Both the position numbers and the translations under genes were made by a program. Of a stretch of 64,000 bases of DNA, positions 20,417 to 32,790 are shown one piece after another. The notes beneath the pieces are model-generated. The model saw only the letters and a program-made list of their open reading frames with translations. It was not told the DNA's origin and did no database searches. Source of the stretch: an uncultured delta proteobacterium (GTDB lineage Bacteria > Desulfobacterota > Binatia > UBA9968). Numbering within the stretch: the first letter of the stretch is position 1; each line of letters starts with the position of its first letter. The stretch lies in assembly GCA_963840855.1 (NCBI GenBank), contig CAWJBB010000030.1:96001-160000 (forward strand). Direction: 5' to 3'.

Positions 20417-21983
20417 CTACCGTTCCGGTAGCGCGGTAATCCAACTCCGGATTAGATCGATATCCAGCGATTTTCTGAGATGATCCGCCAGGCGGTCGAT
20501 GCGCGCTTCGTGTTCTGCCGCGACATTAACCCAGGTTTCGGCGGGAGCGAGATCCACGGCCCTGCGCGCGGCTGCAAGAAACGAATGGCGAAAGTCGTCG
20601 TTGTCGAAGAAGCCGTGCACGTAGGTGCCCAGCACGCGGCCTGATGCGCTCACGGCACCATCTGGAACGGAGCCGGGAATTCCTTGGCGCACAATATCCG
20701 CAACAGGGCGAGATCCCGGCTCATAGAAAGTTTCGCCTACGTGGATTTCATAGCCTTGGAAACGGATTTCCGGACGGGGGCTGAGGCCAAGAAATTCCGA
20801 TCGCAGGGAACCTTGGACGCGACGCACGGTCTTCTCGGCATGCAATACGGTTCGCACAGGCAGGAAGCCGAGTCCCTTTCGGCTCGACGGTTCTCCTTGG
20901 TTCTCGATCCCATGGGGATCTTCGATGGAACTGCCAAGCATCTGAAAACCGCCGCAGATACCGATGAGGGGAATGCCGCTGTCACAGAGCTGGCGAAGCC
21001 TCCAGGCAAAACCTCGACGGTCAAGCCATTCCAGATCGTCAAGCGGTTTGCTTGCTGCCGGGCAAGACGAGTAGATCGGCTGCGGCCATTTCCTCGGGGT
21101 GTTCGAGAAAGGCAAGGGACACCGACGGCTCCAAAGCCAGACCATCGAAGTCAGTGAAATTCGCCATATGCGGTAGAACGATGACCCCGATGCGAAGTCG
21201 CCGCGCCGGCCCGATTTCGCGAATTTTCCAGCGGCGTGCCGCTGAAGGGCGGTCTTCCAAGGCAACGCCGTCCTCTTCATCGAGACCGAGATCGGGAAGA
21301 TAGGGCACGATGCCGACGCAAGGCAAGCCGAGGCGCTGCTCGATGGTCGCGATGCCCGGCCGCAAGAGCGACTCATCGCCGCGAAATTTATTGATCACAA
21401 AGCCGCGGATACGGGCGCGATCTTCGGGCTCGAGCAGCTCCAGGGTGCCCAACAGCGAAGCGAAAACTCCACCGCGGTCAATGTCTCCGACCAGCAAGCA
21501 AGCGGCATCGGCGGCATGGGCCATGCGCATGTTCACAATATCGTGCTCCCGCAGGTTTATCTCCGCCGGCGAGCCAGCGCCCTCGAGCACCATTAGATCG
21601 TGACGCGCCGCGAGGCGCTTATATGCCTCGAGTACCTCGGGAAAGAGCTGCTCGACCCTTCGCGTATGATAATCCGCCGCCGTGACTTGCCCCCAAATCT
21701 TTCCCAACAGGATCACCTGCGCACCGGTGTCGGTGGAAGGCTTGAGCAGGACGGGATTCATCTCCACGCACGGAACGGCCCGACATGCTTCTGCTTGCAG
21801 CGCCTGCGCCCGGCCGATCTCGCCTCCGTCCGGCGTCGCGGCGGAATTGAGCGACATATTCTGCGCCTTGAAAGGCGCGACGCGATAGCCAGCATCGGCA
21901 AAGACACGGCCGAGACCCGCGGTGAGAATCGACTTTCCGACGTGTGACCCGGTTCCGAGGATCATCAGTGCTCGATTGCTCAT
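20417..21983 (-). CDS. cbiP: Cobyric acid synthase (frameshift at about 21045)
   Basis: GTGSHVGKS, PFKAQNMS, EGAGSPAEIN, DIDRGG, GICGGFQMLG, GYEIH, GTYVHG. Confidence 0.93.
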
Positions 21984-22056
21984 CTACTCTTTCTCTTTAC
22001 CAACTATGATCACCGGCCCACGATCGTCGTGCGCAGCAACTACTTTGTGGCCGCGG

Positions 22057-22584
22057 CTACGAATCGACGCTCCAACGCGATTCTAACAGCCGTCCCAACA
22101 GCCACAACAGATCCGCCAAACGATTGAAGTAGTGGGGGATAAAGTTGTCGTTTGATTCGCCTTCATCTATTAGCCTTCTGGCGCCTCGCTCGGCGCGACG
22201 GCTGATGGTTCGAGCGATGTCCAGAGCCGCCGCCGCCGGTAATTCCCAAAACAATGACCCGTCGCGAAGGACACCAGGCACGCACTTGACGCGATGGATT
22301 TCTGCTTCCAGGGCGTCCATCAGCGCCGGGGAGATTTTCCTTGCCAGCTTTTTCGCTCCAGGCGGCGCGGCGACGACCGCCCCGACTCTATATAGATGCA
22401 GTTGCAATGCCTTGATGCGTTCGCGCACTTCCCTATCCGGGCAGATAGAGCGGGCAAAGCCCATCTGCGAGATCAATTCGTCAATGGCGCCGCAGCAGCG
22501 GTTTCGCCGTCGTCTCTCGGAGTCACGGGCAGATGGCTTCAAGTAGTTGCGGATGCTGCTACGGCTTTTAACCGTTATGCTCAC
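22057..22584 (-). CDS. PduO-type cob(I)alamin adenosyltransferase-like protein with degenerate N-terminal ATP-binding motif
   Basis: GAIDELIS.MG, ARTISRRAER and YFNRLADLLW are retained; the T..GD.G.T motif is absent. Confidence 0.7.
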   Translation of the reverse strand: MSITVKSRSSIRNYLKPSARDSERRRRNRCCGAIDELISQMGFARSICPDREVRERIKALQLHLYRVGAVVAAPPGAKKLARKISPALMDALEAEIHRVKCVPGVLRDGSLFWELPAAAALDIARTISRRAERGARRLIDEGESNDNFIPHYFNRLADLLWLLGRLLESRWSVDS

Positions 22585-22722
22585 AGATTTCTCCGGCCGT
22601 CGTTGCGTTAGCTGCCGCGAACTTTACAAACGGTTTCCTGGGTCAGACAGACGATGCGCTTTGGCGGCACGATCGGTTCGGAAAACCGTGAAAGTGTATT
22701 CACGCTCATCGTTTAAATCCCG

Positions 22723-23037
22723 CTATAATGACTTGCACGCCGAGTTAAGATACAGCCATTTAACCCAATCGCCTTTTTTGACGAGATATCGTTCAGCGGG
22801 AACATTGGAGCGATAGCCGTTGACTTCGAAATGCCAACCGCGGTCGCGCGCAAAATCGTTCTTAATGCCGTCAATCTCCTCGACAAAGTGCTCCATGCCG
22901 TATTTTGGCGACGTCCTTACGGGAACCGATATCATCAAGGCTTCAAGCACCGTGCTCTTTTCAGGAACGGTGACGGTCTTTTCGATCGGCCGCTGGTCTG
23001 CAGGTCCAAAATCGACGGTCACCGTAACTGCGATCAT
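22723..23037 (-). CDS. DUF4430 / transcobalamin beta-domain-like protein
   Basis: STVLEAL, FVEEIDGI.N, GWHFEVNG, YLVKKGDWVKW. RBS GAGGA. Directly downstream of btuB. Confidence 0.75.
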   Translation of the reverse strand: MIAVTVTVDFGPADQRPIEKTVTVPEKSTVLEALMISVPVRTSPKYGMEHFVEEIDGIKNDFARDRGWHFEVNGYRSNVPAERYLVKKGDWVKWLYLNSACKSL

Positions 23038-23078
23038 CTGTTCCTCAAAGGTTTTTCGTCCGTACGGTTAGGTGAAAG

Positions 23079-24997
23079 TCAACCGCCAAAAGTAGCGCGA
23101 AAGCCGAGCAAAAAGTTTAGCGGCGGGGCGCGAAAACCGTTCGCTTGATCGTAATTTTTGTTGAACAAGTTCTGGATTCTGCCGATCAGGCTTAGTTCCT
23201 TGACAAGGGGCATACGCCACGGAAGCTTGTAGGATGATGCGAGGTCGACAGTGCCATATCCTGCCTCGACCGTGTCGCCAAACGGCGAGGCGGCACGAAA
23301 ATCGTCACGGCGCCCAACGATGTTGACGATGAGATTTACGTTCAAAGCATCCTGCAGATAGTTCAGGATCACGTTGCCGCTATTGTGCGGCCGGCGCCGT
23401 AGCGTCCCATCGGCGGTATCCCAGTCGAGATAGGTGTAATTGGCGTTCAAGGTGAGCCCCTCGAAGAGTTTTATTCCCAAAGTCAATTCCACGCCGTCAA
23501 ACCGGGCGCGCCCCACGTTCTCGGCGCGGAAGCAACCCAATGGGTCCCCGGGGATGGGACTTGCTTCGATCAGGTCTTTCACCTCGCGATGGAAATAGTT
23601 TCCACCTATTTTGATCCGCTCAGCAAGGAGATTCTGCTCGACGCCGAAGTTTATTTCCCAACTTCTCTCGGGACCGAGGTCTGGATTACCGAAAGCGGGG
23701 CAACCGAAGGCCGGAGGGAAGAACAGCTCGTTCAAGTTCGGCGCTCTAAAGCCTTTGGCATAGCCTCCTTTCAATTTGGTGCCGATTTCCTTGAATAAGA
23801 TAGGCGGCCGAGAACGAAGGCGTCCAGGCGGTGCCGAACTCTTGATTATCGTCCAGACGAATTCCCGGGAATCGCGATCAGCCGGCGGTCAAAAAACTGA
23901 AATTGTTGTTGCAGGTAGTAGCCGACATTGCCGATGGCTTCATCGATTCCACCGCTGGTGCTGGCCGATCTGCCGATTGTATTGGGTGCCGAATGTTGTT
24001 GTGCCCCAGTCCTCAAAGCGGTAGTTGGTTTGAAATTCGCCGGTATATGGTGAGCGGGCGAAAACGGTCAGTGGTCGGCGAATCGCAGGGGAAGCCGAAA
24101 AAGACGCAGGCGTCGACGTCGTCGCTGAACTTGTCGTTTTCTTTGAACATCGATCCCGAGATGCGGTAATCCCAGTTGCGGAATATTTTCTGCTCCCATT
24201 CGAGTTTGGTCACGTATTGGGTAGTCGCTTGACGAGCGTTGGGATCGGGCTGGGATGCGAAGTTGTTGTTATTGAATAAGCCCGCATCGCTCTTGATGAA
24301 ATGAAAGATTCCCTTGAGGCTGGCATTCTCAGTCACTTGATAGTCCAGCCGCGCCGACGTCGAGAGGTTGCGATAATCGTCATTGACACTGCGAAAGCCG
24401 TCGCTCGCCAAGTGGCCTAAGCTGAAGGAATAGCCGAGGTCTCCTAAACCCCCTCTGACGGTCGCAACTTGGCGGTTCGTCCAGCCATTGCCGCCCTGGG
24501 CGGAGACGCCCACATTCAACGGTCCCTGGCCTCTTTTGGTGAAGATATTGATCACGCCGCCGATAGCTTGAGAGCCGTAAAGAGTCCCACCGGCGCCGCG
24601 GAGGATTTCGATGCGCTCGATGCTTTCGGTCGTCAGGTTAGCGAAGTCAAAGGCACCCGTGAGTCGTGCTGTTGATTTCGACGCCGTCGATCAAAACCAG
24701 CACCTGATTTGGTGCGGAGCCGCGGATGAAAACAAAAGTCTCCGTGCCCATGGACCCCGTTTGAACGACATTGACGCCCGCGACGTCGCGCAGGACCTCC
24801 GATACCAGTTCGGCTTGCCGCTCGCGAATGTCTTCAGCGGTGATTACGGTCAAAGAAGTTGTCAGCTGATTGAGAGGAACTTCCGTGCGTGTGGCCGTCA
24901 CGACGACTGGAGGAAGGCTTTCTGTTGGCGCAGGCTCGGCGGCCCAAGAAAAGTTTGAAAACAAGATAAAAAACAGAAAAACACGGAAGAAAACCAT
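23079..24997 (-). CDS. btuB: TonB-dependent cobalamin receptor (several frameshifts)
   Basis: TonB box VVVTATR, plug IRG..NQVLVLIDG, FRAPNLNEL, NLFNKNY, aromatic C-terminus. Downstream of a B12 riboswitch. Confidence 0.85.
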
Positions 24998-25042
24998 AAA
25001 ATATCTCCTTTTCCCGCGAAAGGGGAATTATTGAGAGCGGAT

Positions 25043-25340
25043 CGGAGAGGTCTCCTGGCTCGAGCATCGAACCTACTTACCGCGCCTTCCCATTCGTCGA
25101 TTTGGGCTCAGAATAGTGCCGATTTTGGATTGAACCAAATTCAAAAACCCAATTGACAGATGCAGTTGGAGCAGTGGCTGTTATTTGCGGCTTTCGTAGC
25201 TCTTACAGTTGCGGGGCAGCAGGGGAATTCCCCGGAAAGGCTAAAGGACAAGGGATAAAGGATCGAGTTAATCTTTCATCCATTTTGCCTTCATCCTTCA
25301 CGAAGTCACCCCTTTCCCTCATTCGTCCGAGGTTGATAAT
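25043..25340 (-). ncRNA. Cobalamin riboswitch (btuB leader) with two large insertions
   Basis: Minus strand: AGGGAAAGGGGTGA[insert]AATTCCCCTGCTGCCCCGCAACTGTAA..GCCACTG[insert]TGGGAAGGC..AGCCAGGAGACC. Confidence 0.85.
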
Positions 25341-25372
25341 ACTTGCTTCGTTACCCTCCTGAATGTTCACTG

Positions 25373-26140
25373 CTACTTTGGATCCTTTAGGTGAAAATCC
25401 ACCGGGATATTCACCCAGCTCTCGGTGGGCGTGTCACCACGGTGCGCCGGATGAAATCGCCAGCGCCGGATCGCCTCGGCGGCCGCGCGGTCCAAAGCAT
25501 CGCTCCCGGAACTATTATTGATCTCGACGGATTTTGCTCGGCCTTGATCGTCCACTAGAACGCGCAGGAGCACCCGCCCTTCACGGCCCTCGCGGCGGGC
25601 GCTTTCCGGGTATTGGGGTCTGGGCGTGTCGCGATAGCGCGCTTGAGAGAGAACGACTCCATTGCCCGATGAACCCTGTCCGTTGCCCGGCCCGGAGCCG
25701 ATGCCCGAGGATCCCAAACCATTGCCGCCGGTGCCGCTGTTGCCCGTGCCGAAGCCATGTATACCGTCGCTGGTGAAGCCGGAAATCGCGCCGCCATGCG
25801 TCGCGGCAGAATTTACGCTGGCCGGAACGAACGCAACGTTGCTTTCGCTGGCCTTTGGCGCCGCTTCGGCGGCAAAGGTTTGGGGCTGTGAATCCGCGGT
25901 TGCTTTCGCTTCGACTTTAGGCTGAGCGCTAATCGGGGGGCGCATCGCCGATTGCAAACCACTTCGCGGCGCGGGACTTTTGCTTGCGCCGGGGCCACCG
26001 GCGCTGATCGATTCCTGTTCCATGGGCAGAATCGTCACGTGCATGATCTCACCTTGGCTTTGCCCGCCAAAGGAAACCGGAAAAACTAGCGCGCCGGCGT
26101 GTAAAGCCAGTGATAGAACTAGGAAAGAGACCCATCTCAT
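25373..26140 (-). CDS. tonB: Energy transducer TonB
   Basis: SLALH TM motif, Gly-rich linker, PQYPESARR..EGRVLLRV, SSG..LD.AA, WRF.PA. Confidence 0.9.
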   Translation of the reverse strand: MRWVSFLVLSLALHAGALVFPVSFGGQSQGEIMHVTILPMEQESISAGGPGASKSPAPRSGLQSAMRPPISAQPKVEAKATADSQPQTFAAEAAPKASESNVAFVPASVNSAATHGGAISGFTSDGIHGFGTGNSGTGGNGLGSSGIGSGPGNGQGSSGNGVVLSQARYRDTPRPQYPESARREGREGRVLLRVLVDDQGRAKSVEINNSSGSDALDRAAAEAIRRWRFHPAHRGDTPTESWVNIPVDFHLKDPK

Positions 26141-26227
26141 GATCGTCGGTCAATGGCCTCGGCAGAATTCGGGAAAGATATCGAAACCTTTCTCTCTTCT
26201 CCGGAGAGGCCGGTCAAGAATGCTCTC

Positions 26228-26380
26228 GGCAGGTTTCCTGGCTTAGGCTTTTATCTACTCGCCGCGCCTTCCCATCCTTCGATCGTGCTCAGGACAGTGG
26301 CTTGATGGCGGCTTTCGTGGCCATTACAGTGGCGGGACCGCGCCGGATTTTCACCGGACTTCCCTTTGAACCTCGAGCTG
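26228..26380 (-). ncRNA. Cobalamin riboswitch (tonB leader)
   Basis: Minus strand: AAAGGGAAGTCCGGTGAAAATCCGGCGCGGTCCCGCCACTGTAA..GCCACTG..TGGGAAGGC..AGCCAGGAAACCTGCC. Confidence 0.92.
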
Positions 26381-26390
26381 AGTGTAAGCG

Positions 26391-26419
26391 AAATTATAAT
26401 GCGAAAGGTTTACTGTCAA
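26391..26419 (-). promoter_or_regulatory. sigma70-type promoter upstream of the tonB riboswitch
   Basis: Minus strand TTGACA followed by TATAAT (15-nt spacer) or TAATTT (17-nt spacer). Confidence 0.5.
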
Positions 26420-26468
26420 GCGATTATTTTCTCGTGATGGGTCCTGATGTCGTGCCGCCCTCGGGCCG

Positions 26469-26732
26469 TTAGAGAATCAACCAAAAAACCATGGGGATCG
26501 TCACCACGGATATCAAAGTGCTCAGAACTACGATGGAAGCGGCTAGCTCGAGGTCCTGGGACGCGACCTTATACAGGCGATAGCCGAGGCTCACAAGCAT
26601 CAGTGAGATGATTGCTTGGCCTAGCATAGCCAGGCGGCTGAAAAAGCAGTGCCGGAATACTCGTCGAAATAGATTGGTGCCGAGCCCGCGATGGACGCGT
26701 AGATGAACGGCAGGCGAAAAACTTTCTTCCAA
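26469..26732 (-). pseudogene. Remnant of an AEC-family transporter (C-terminal fragment)
   Basis: C-terminus ELAASIVVLSTLISVVTIP is typical of AEC transporters; the rest of the protein is missing. Confidence 0.5.
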
Positions 26733-27437
26733 TTACAAAGACGCAAACAACGTAAAGCTCAGGGCTTCGCTGATCTCGATGAGCGCGCCGCAATTGGCCA
26801 GCGAGATGCCGCCTTCGCGGCGCTGCAGGAAGCTGCGCGCGAGGAGAGCGAAAAGAGAGAGACATAAAGCAACCCAAAGCGTTGACGCGCCGGCGATATA
26901 AAAACCAAAGCCCAGGCTCATAACGGTGGCAGCGACCAGATGCCAAGACCGCGTGCTTTCAGCGACCCGCCGCACGGCATCATCAGCGACAGTGGTAGAA
27001 CCGAATAGGAAAAGCACCAGGGACCAACGCGCCAATAGCGGGGTAAGCAAGAGACTGAACGCGCGGCTCTCGCCAATGGCTTCAATCGAGTGAACCTTGA
27101 AGAAGACAACCAACAACACCGCGATTAGCCCGTAGATATGCCAGTGATCAACGGAGTTCGAGGGCGAGGTTGTTTTCGGCAAAGTATTGAAAGTTTCTTG
27201 GGTTCCGGCCAAATGATGCCCGCCAGTGGCCAAGATGAGGATCATTAGCAGGACCAATGCGAGAATTTCGGTTGATAGATAGGGCGCTATTACACGGTTG
27301 ACGACTACTAGGACGAGCCCCAAGAGAAGCCCAGCTAAGGGGAAGCACAAAACACCCAGGCCCGCCCGTCTAGCATCAGGTTTGCTCGCGTCGCTGGCCA
27401 ACGTCAAGAACCTGAACGCGGCCGAAAAGCTTAACAT
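26733..27437 (-). CDS. CobS-like membrane protein with degenerate motifs
   Basis: AFRFLT, FPLAGLLLG and GG..NCGALIE align to CobS, but HLDG..D reads HLAGTQE and G.TGD reads GISLA. Confidence 0.7.
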   Translation of the reverse strand: MLSFSAAFRFLTLASDASKPDARRAGLGVLCFPLAGLLLGLVLVVVNRVIAPYLSTEILALVLLMILILATGGHHLAGTQETFNTLPKTTSPSNSVDHWHIYGLIAVLLVVFFKVHSIEAIGESRAFSLLLTPLLARWSLVLFLFGSTTVADDAVRRVAESTRSWHLVAATVMSLGFGFYIAGASTLWVALCLSLFALLARSFLQRREGGISLANCGALIEISEALSFTLFASL

Positions 27438-27568
27438 CGTATCTTTTTCCCTTAGACCCCTCTGGCTGTCAATACAGTCAGATTATCGAGGTATTTCCCG
27501 TGCGAGATTAAGAGTCCGCGAAAAGGTTCTTCCGTAGCAAATTTTTCACCGCAAAATCCCCTATTTAG

Positions 27569-30109
<2,541 letters not shown>

Positions 30110-30121
30110 ACACAAATAAAT

Positions 30122-30202
30122 GTTCCAAACGTTCAAGCGATCAACACGTGCAAGCCGTTGATAACGTTTTGAACTGTTTGAACGGCTTTAACGATTTGAA
30201 CT
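30122..30202. repeat. Hairpin of inverted ~9-nt tandem repeats
   Basis: GTTCCAAAC GTTCAAGCG .. / GTTTTGAAC TGTTTGAAC GGCTTTAAC GATTTGAAC between gyrB and gyrA. Confidence 0.65.
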
Positions 30203-30215
30203 CCTCCCAAGCGTT

Positions 30216-32696
30216 ATGGAAGCATCGCTAAAATCACAAAAGATCCCAGTCTATATCGAAGACGAGATGCGCCAGTCCTTTATGGACTACGCCATGAGCG
30301 TCATCATCAGCCGGGCGCTGCCCGATGTGCGCGACGGCCTCAAGCCGGTGCACCGCCGGGTGCTCTACGCCATGTACGACGCGGGCAATACCCCAGACCG
30401 GCCGTATAAAAAATCCGCCCGCTTGGTCGGCGATATCATGGGTAAGTATCATCCCCACGGCGACACGGCGATTTACGATACCATCGTGCGCATGGCGCAG
30501 GATTTTAACCTGCGCTACCCATTAGTCGACGGCCAGGGAAATTTTGGTTCCATCGATGGCGATAACGCCGCGGCGATGCGCTACACCGAAATTCGCATGA
30601 CCCCGCTGGCGGAGGAAATGCTCGCCGATATTGATAAGGAAACCGTCGATTTCAACGCCAACTACGATGACTCGCTCAAAGAACCTGCGGTCCTGCCGTC
30701 GCGCATCCCCAACCTTCTTGTCAACGGTTCCGCAGGGATCGCCGTCGGCATGGCGACCAATATTCCGCCGCACAATTTGCGCGAGATCATCGATGGTTTG
30801 GTGGAGCTGATTGAAAATCCCGATATCACCATCCGGCAGTTGATGAAACATATCCCAGGCCCGGATTTTCCTACCGCCGGATTCATTCACGGCAAAGAGC
30901 CCATCGTGCAGGCGTATACTGAGGGTAAAGGCATTGTTCAGATGCGCGGCAAAGCCTTCATCGAAACGGTAAAGCGCACGGGCAAAGAACAGATCATCAT
31001 CAGCGAAATCCCCTACATGGTGAACAAGAAACGGCTGATCGAGCAGATCGCCGAGCTGGTCAACGAGAAAAAAATAGAAGGGATCGCCGATATCCGAGAT
31101 GAATCCGACCGCGACGGCATGCGCATCGTCGTAGAACTGAAACGGGATACGCTGGCCGATATCGTTATCAACCAGCTTTACAAGCACACGGGACTCCAGG
31201 ACTCCTTCGGCATCAACATGCTCGCTATCGTCGACGGCCGGCCCAAGATTCTCAATCTCAAAGAAGCTCTGAAGTGCTTTATCGACCACCGTCGGGAAGT
31301 GGTGACCCGGCGTACCGCTTACGATCTGCGCAAGGCGGAAGAGCGGCTGCATATTTTAGACGGCTTGCGCATCGCGCTGGATAACTTGGACGCCGTTATC
31401 ACGTTGATCCGCAATTCCCAGGACCCCAAAGTGGCCAAGGACGGTTTGATGGCCAATTTCGGCTTGAGCGAAATTCAGGCGCAGGCAATCCTGGATATGC
31501 GCTTGCAGAGGTTGACGGGCCTGGAGCGCGATAAGATTTTGCAGGAGCACCGGGAAACTGTCGAGGTGATCGCAAAACTGCGCGCCATCCTGGCGGATGA
31601 GAAGGAAATCTACAAAATCATCGTCGACGAATTGAAGGAGATCAAGAAAAACTACGGTGATGAGCGGCGCACGCAGATCGTCAACCGGGCCGAAGACATC
31701 TCCATCGAAGATCTCATCGTCGACGAAGACATGGCGGTGACGATCTCCCACGAGGGCTATATCAAGCGCAACGCCGTGAGCCTCTACCGCGCGCAGCGGC
31801 GCGGCGGCAAGGGAAAAATCGGCACCACCACCAGGGAAGAGGACTTTGTCGAGTATCTGTTTATCGCGTCGATGCACTCCTACATCTTGTTCTTCACGAC
31901 CATCGGCAAGGTCTACTTGATCAAAGTTCACGAACTGCCCCAGGCGAGCCGCGCGGCCCGCGGCAAGCCCATCGTCAATCTGCTAAGCCTTGAGCCGGGG
32001 GAAAGAATCTCGGCGTTTCTCTCGGTGCGCGAATTTCAAGAGGACCGTTACGTGGTCTTCGCGACCAAAAAGGGTCTGATCAAAAAGACCGAGCTGATGC
32101 AATACTCCAACCCTCGCGCCAACGGCAAGCGCGCCATCTCCCTGGAGGACAAAGACGAGGTGATCGGCGTCAGGCTGACCGATGGGCAACAGGAGATCAT
32201 TCTTTCCACCGCTGACGGACAGAACATTCGCTTCAAGGAAGAGCAGGTCCGGCCAACGGGCCGGGGAGCCTACGGTGTGGTGGGCATGCGCCTGGACGAA
32301 GGGGACTGCGTGGTCAGCATGGAAATATTGAGCCTGGGCGCTGATATTCTGACCGTGTCGGAAAACGGCTTCGGCAAACGCACGAAGGCCGATGAGTACC
32401 GCATCACTTCGCGCGGCGGCAAGGGCATTATCACCATGAAGACCACCGACAAGACGGGCCGCGTGGTCGGAGTGCAGCAAGTCACCGAAGAGGATCAACT
32501 CATGCTCGTCACCAACAAAGGCAAGATCATTCGGCTGCGCATCACGGACATTCGCGTCATCGGCCGCAATACCCAAGGGGTGCATTTGATCGATGTCGAA
32601 GAGGGGGAGCGGGTGGTTTCGCTGGCGCGCCTGGCAGAAAAGGAAGAAGACGCCAACGGGGAGAACGGCGCAGCCGAGGAAGACGGGGAAGACTAG
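30216..32696 (+). CDS. gyrA: DNA gyrase subunit A
   Basis: [22 protein letters not shown], GyrA-box QRRGGKG, beta-pinwheel repeats, acidic tail. Confidence 0.98.
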   Translation: MEASLKSQKIPVYIEDEMRQSFMDYAMSVIISRALPDVRDGLKPVHRRVLYAMYDAGNTPDRPYKKSARLVGDIMGKYHPHGDTAIYDTIVRMAQDFNLRYPLVDGQGNFGSIDGDNAAAMRYTEIRMTPLAEEMLADIDKETVDFNANYDDSLKEPAVLPSRIPNLLVNGSAGIAVGMATNIPPHNLREIIDGLVELIENPDITIRQLMKHIPGPDFPTAGFIHGKEPIVQAYTEGKGIVQMRGKAFIETVKRTGKEQIIISEIPYMVNKKRLIEQIAELVNEKKIEGIADIRDESDRDGMRIVVELKRDTLADIVINQLYKHTGLQDSFGINMLAIVDGRPKILNLKEALKCFIDHRREVVTRRTAYDLRKAEERLHILDGLRIALDNLDAVITLIRNSQDPKVAKDGLMANFGLSEIQAQAILDMRLQRLTGLERDKILQEHRETVEVIAKLRAILADEKEIYKIIVDELKEIKKNYGDERRTQIVNRAEDISIEDLIVDEDMAVTISHEGYIKRNAVSLYRAQRRGGKGKIGTTTREEDFVEYLFIASMHSYILFFTTIGKVYLIKVHELPQASRAARGKPIVNLLSLEPGERISAFLSVREFQEDRYVVFATKKGLIKKTELMQYSNPRANGKRAISLEDKDEVIGVRLTDGQQEIILSTADGQNIRFKEEQVRPTGRGAYGVVGMRLDEGDCVVSMEILSLGADILTVSENGFGKRTKADEYRITSRGGKGIITMKTTDKTGRVVGVQQVTEEDQLMLVTNKGKIIRLRITDIRVIGRNTQGVHLIDVEEGERVVSLARLAEKEEDANGENGAAEEDGED

Positions 32697-32790
32697 GTCC
32701 TGCCTTTCGCAATGAACACGGCGTGAGTGTTTGCACGCTCAAAGCGTATCCGCATGTGGTTAGTCCTGCCAGAGAAGGATCTTTTTCGCC

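Noticed and set aside
30450-30500. GyrA Thr at the E. coli Ser83 position as acquired quinolone resistance
   Set aside because: Thr is the natural residue in several lineages and Asp87 is intact.
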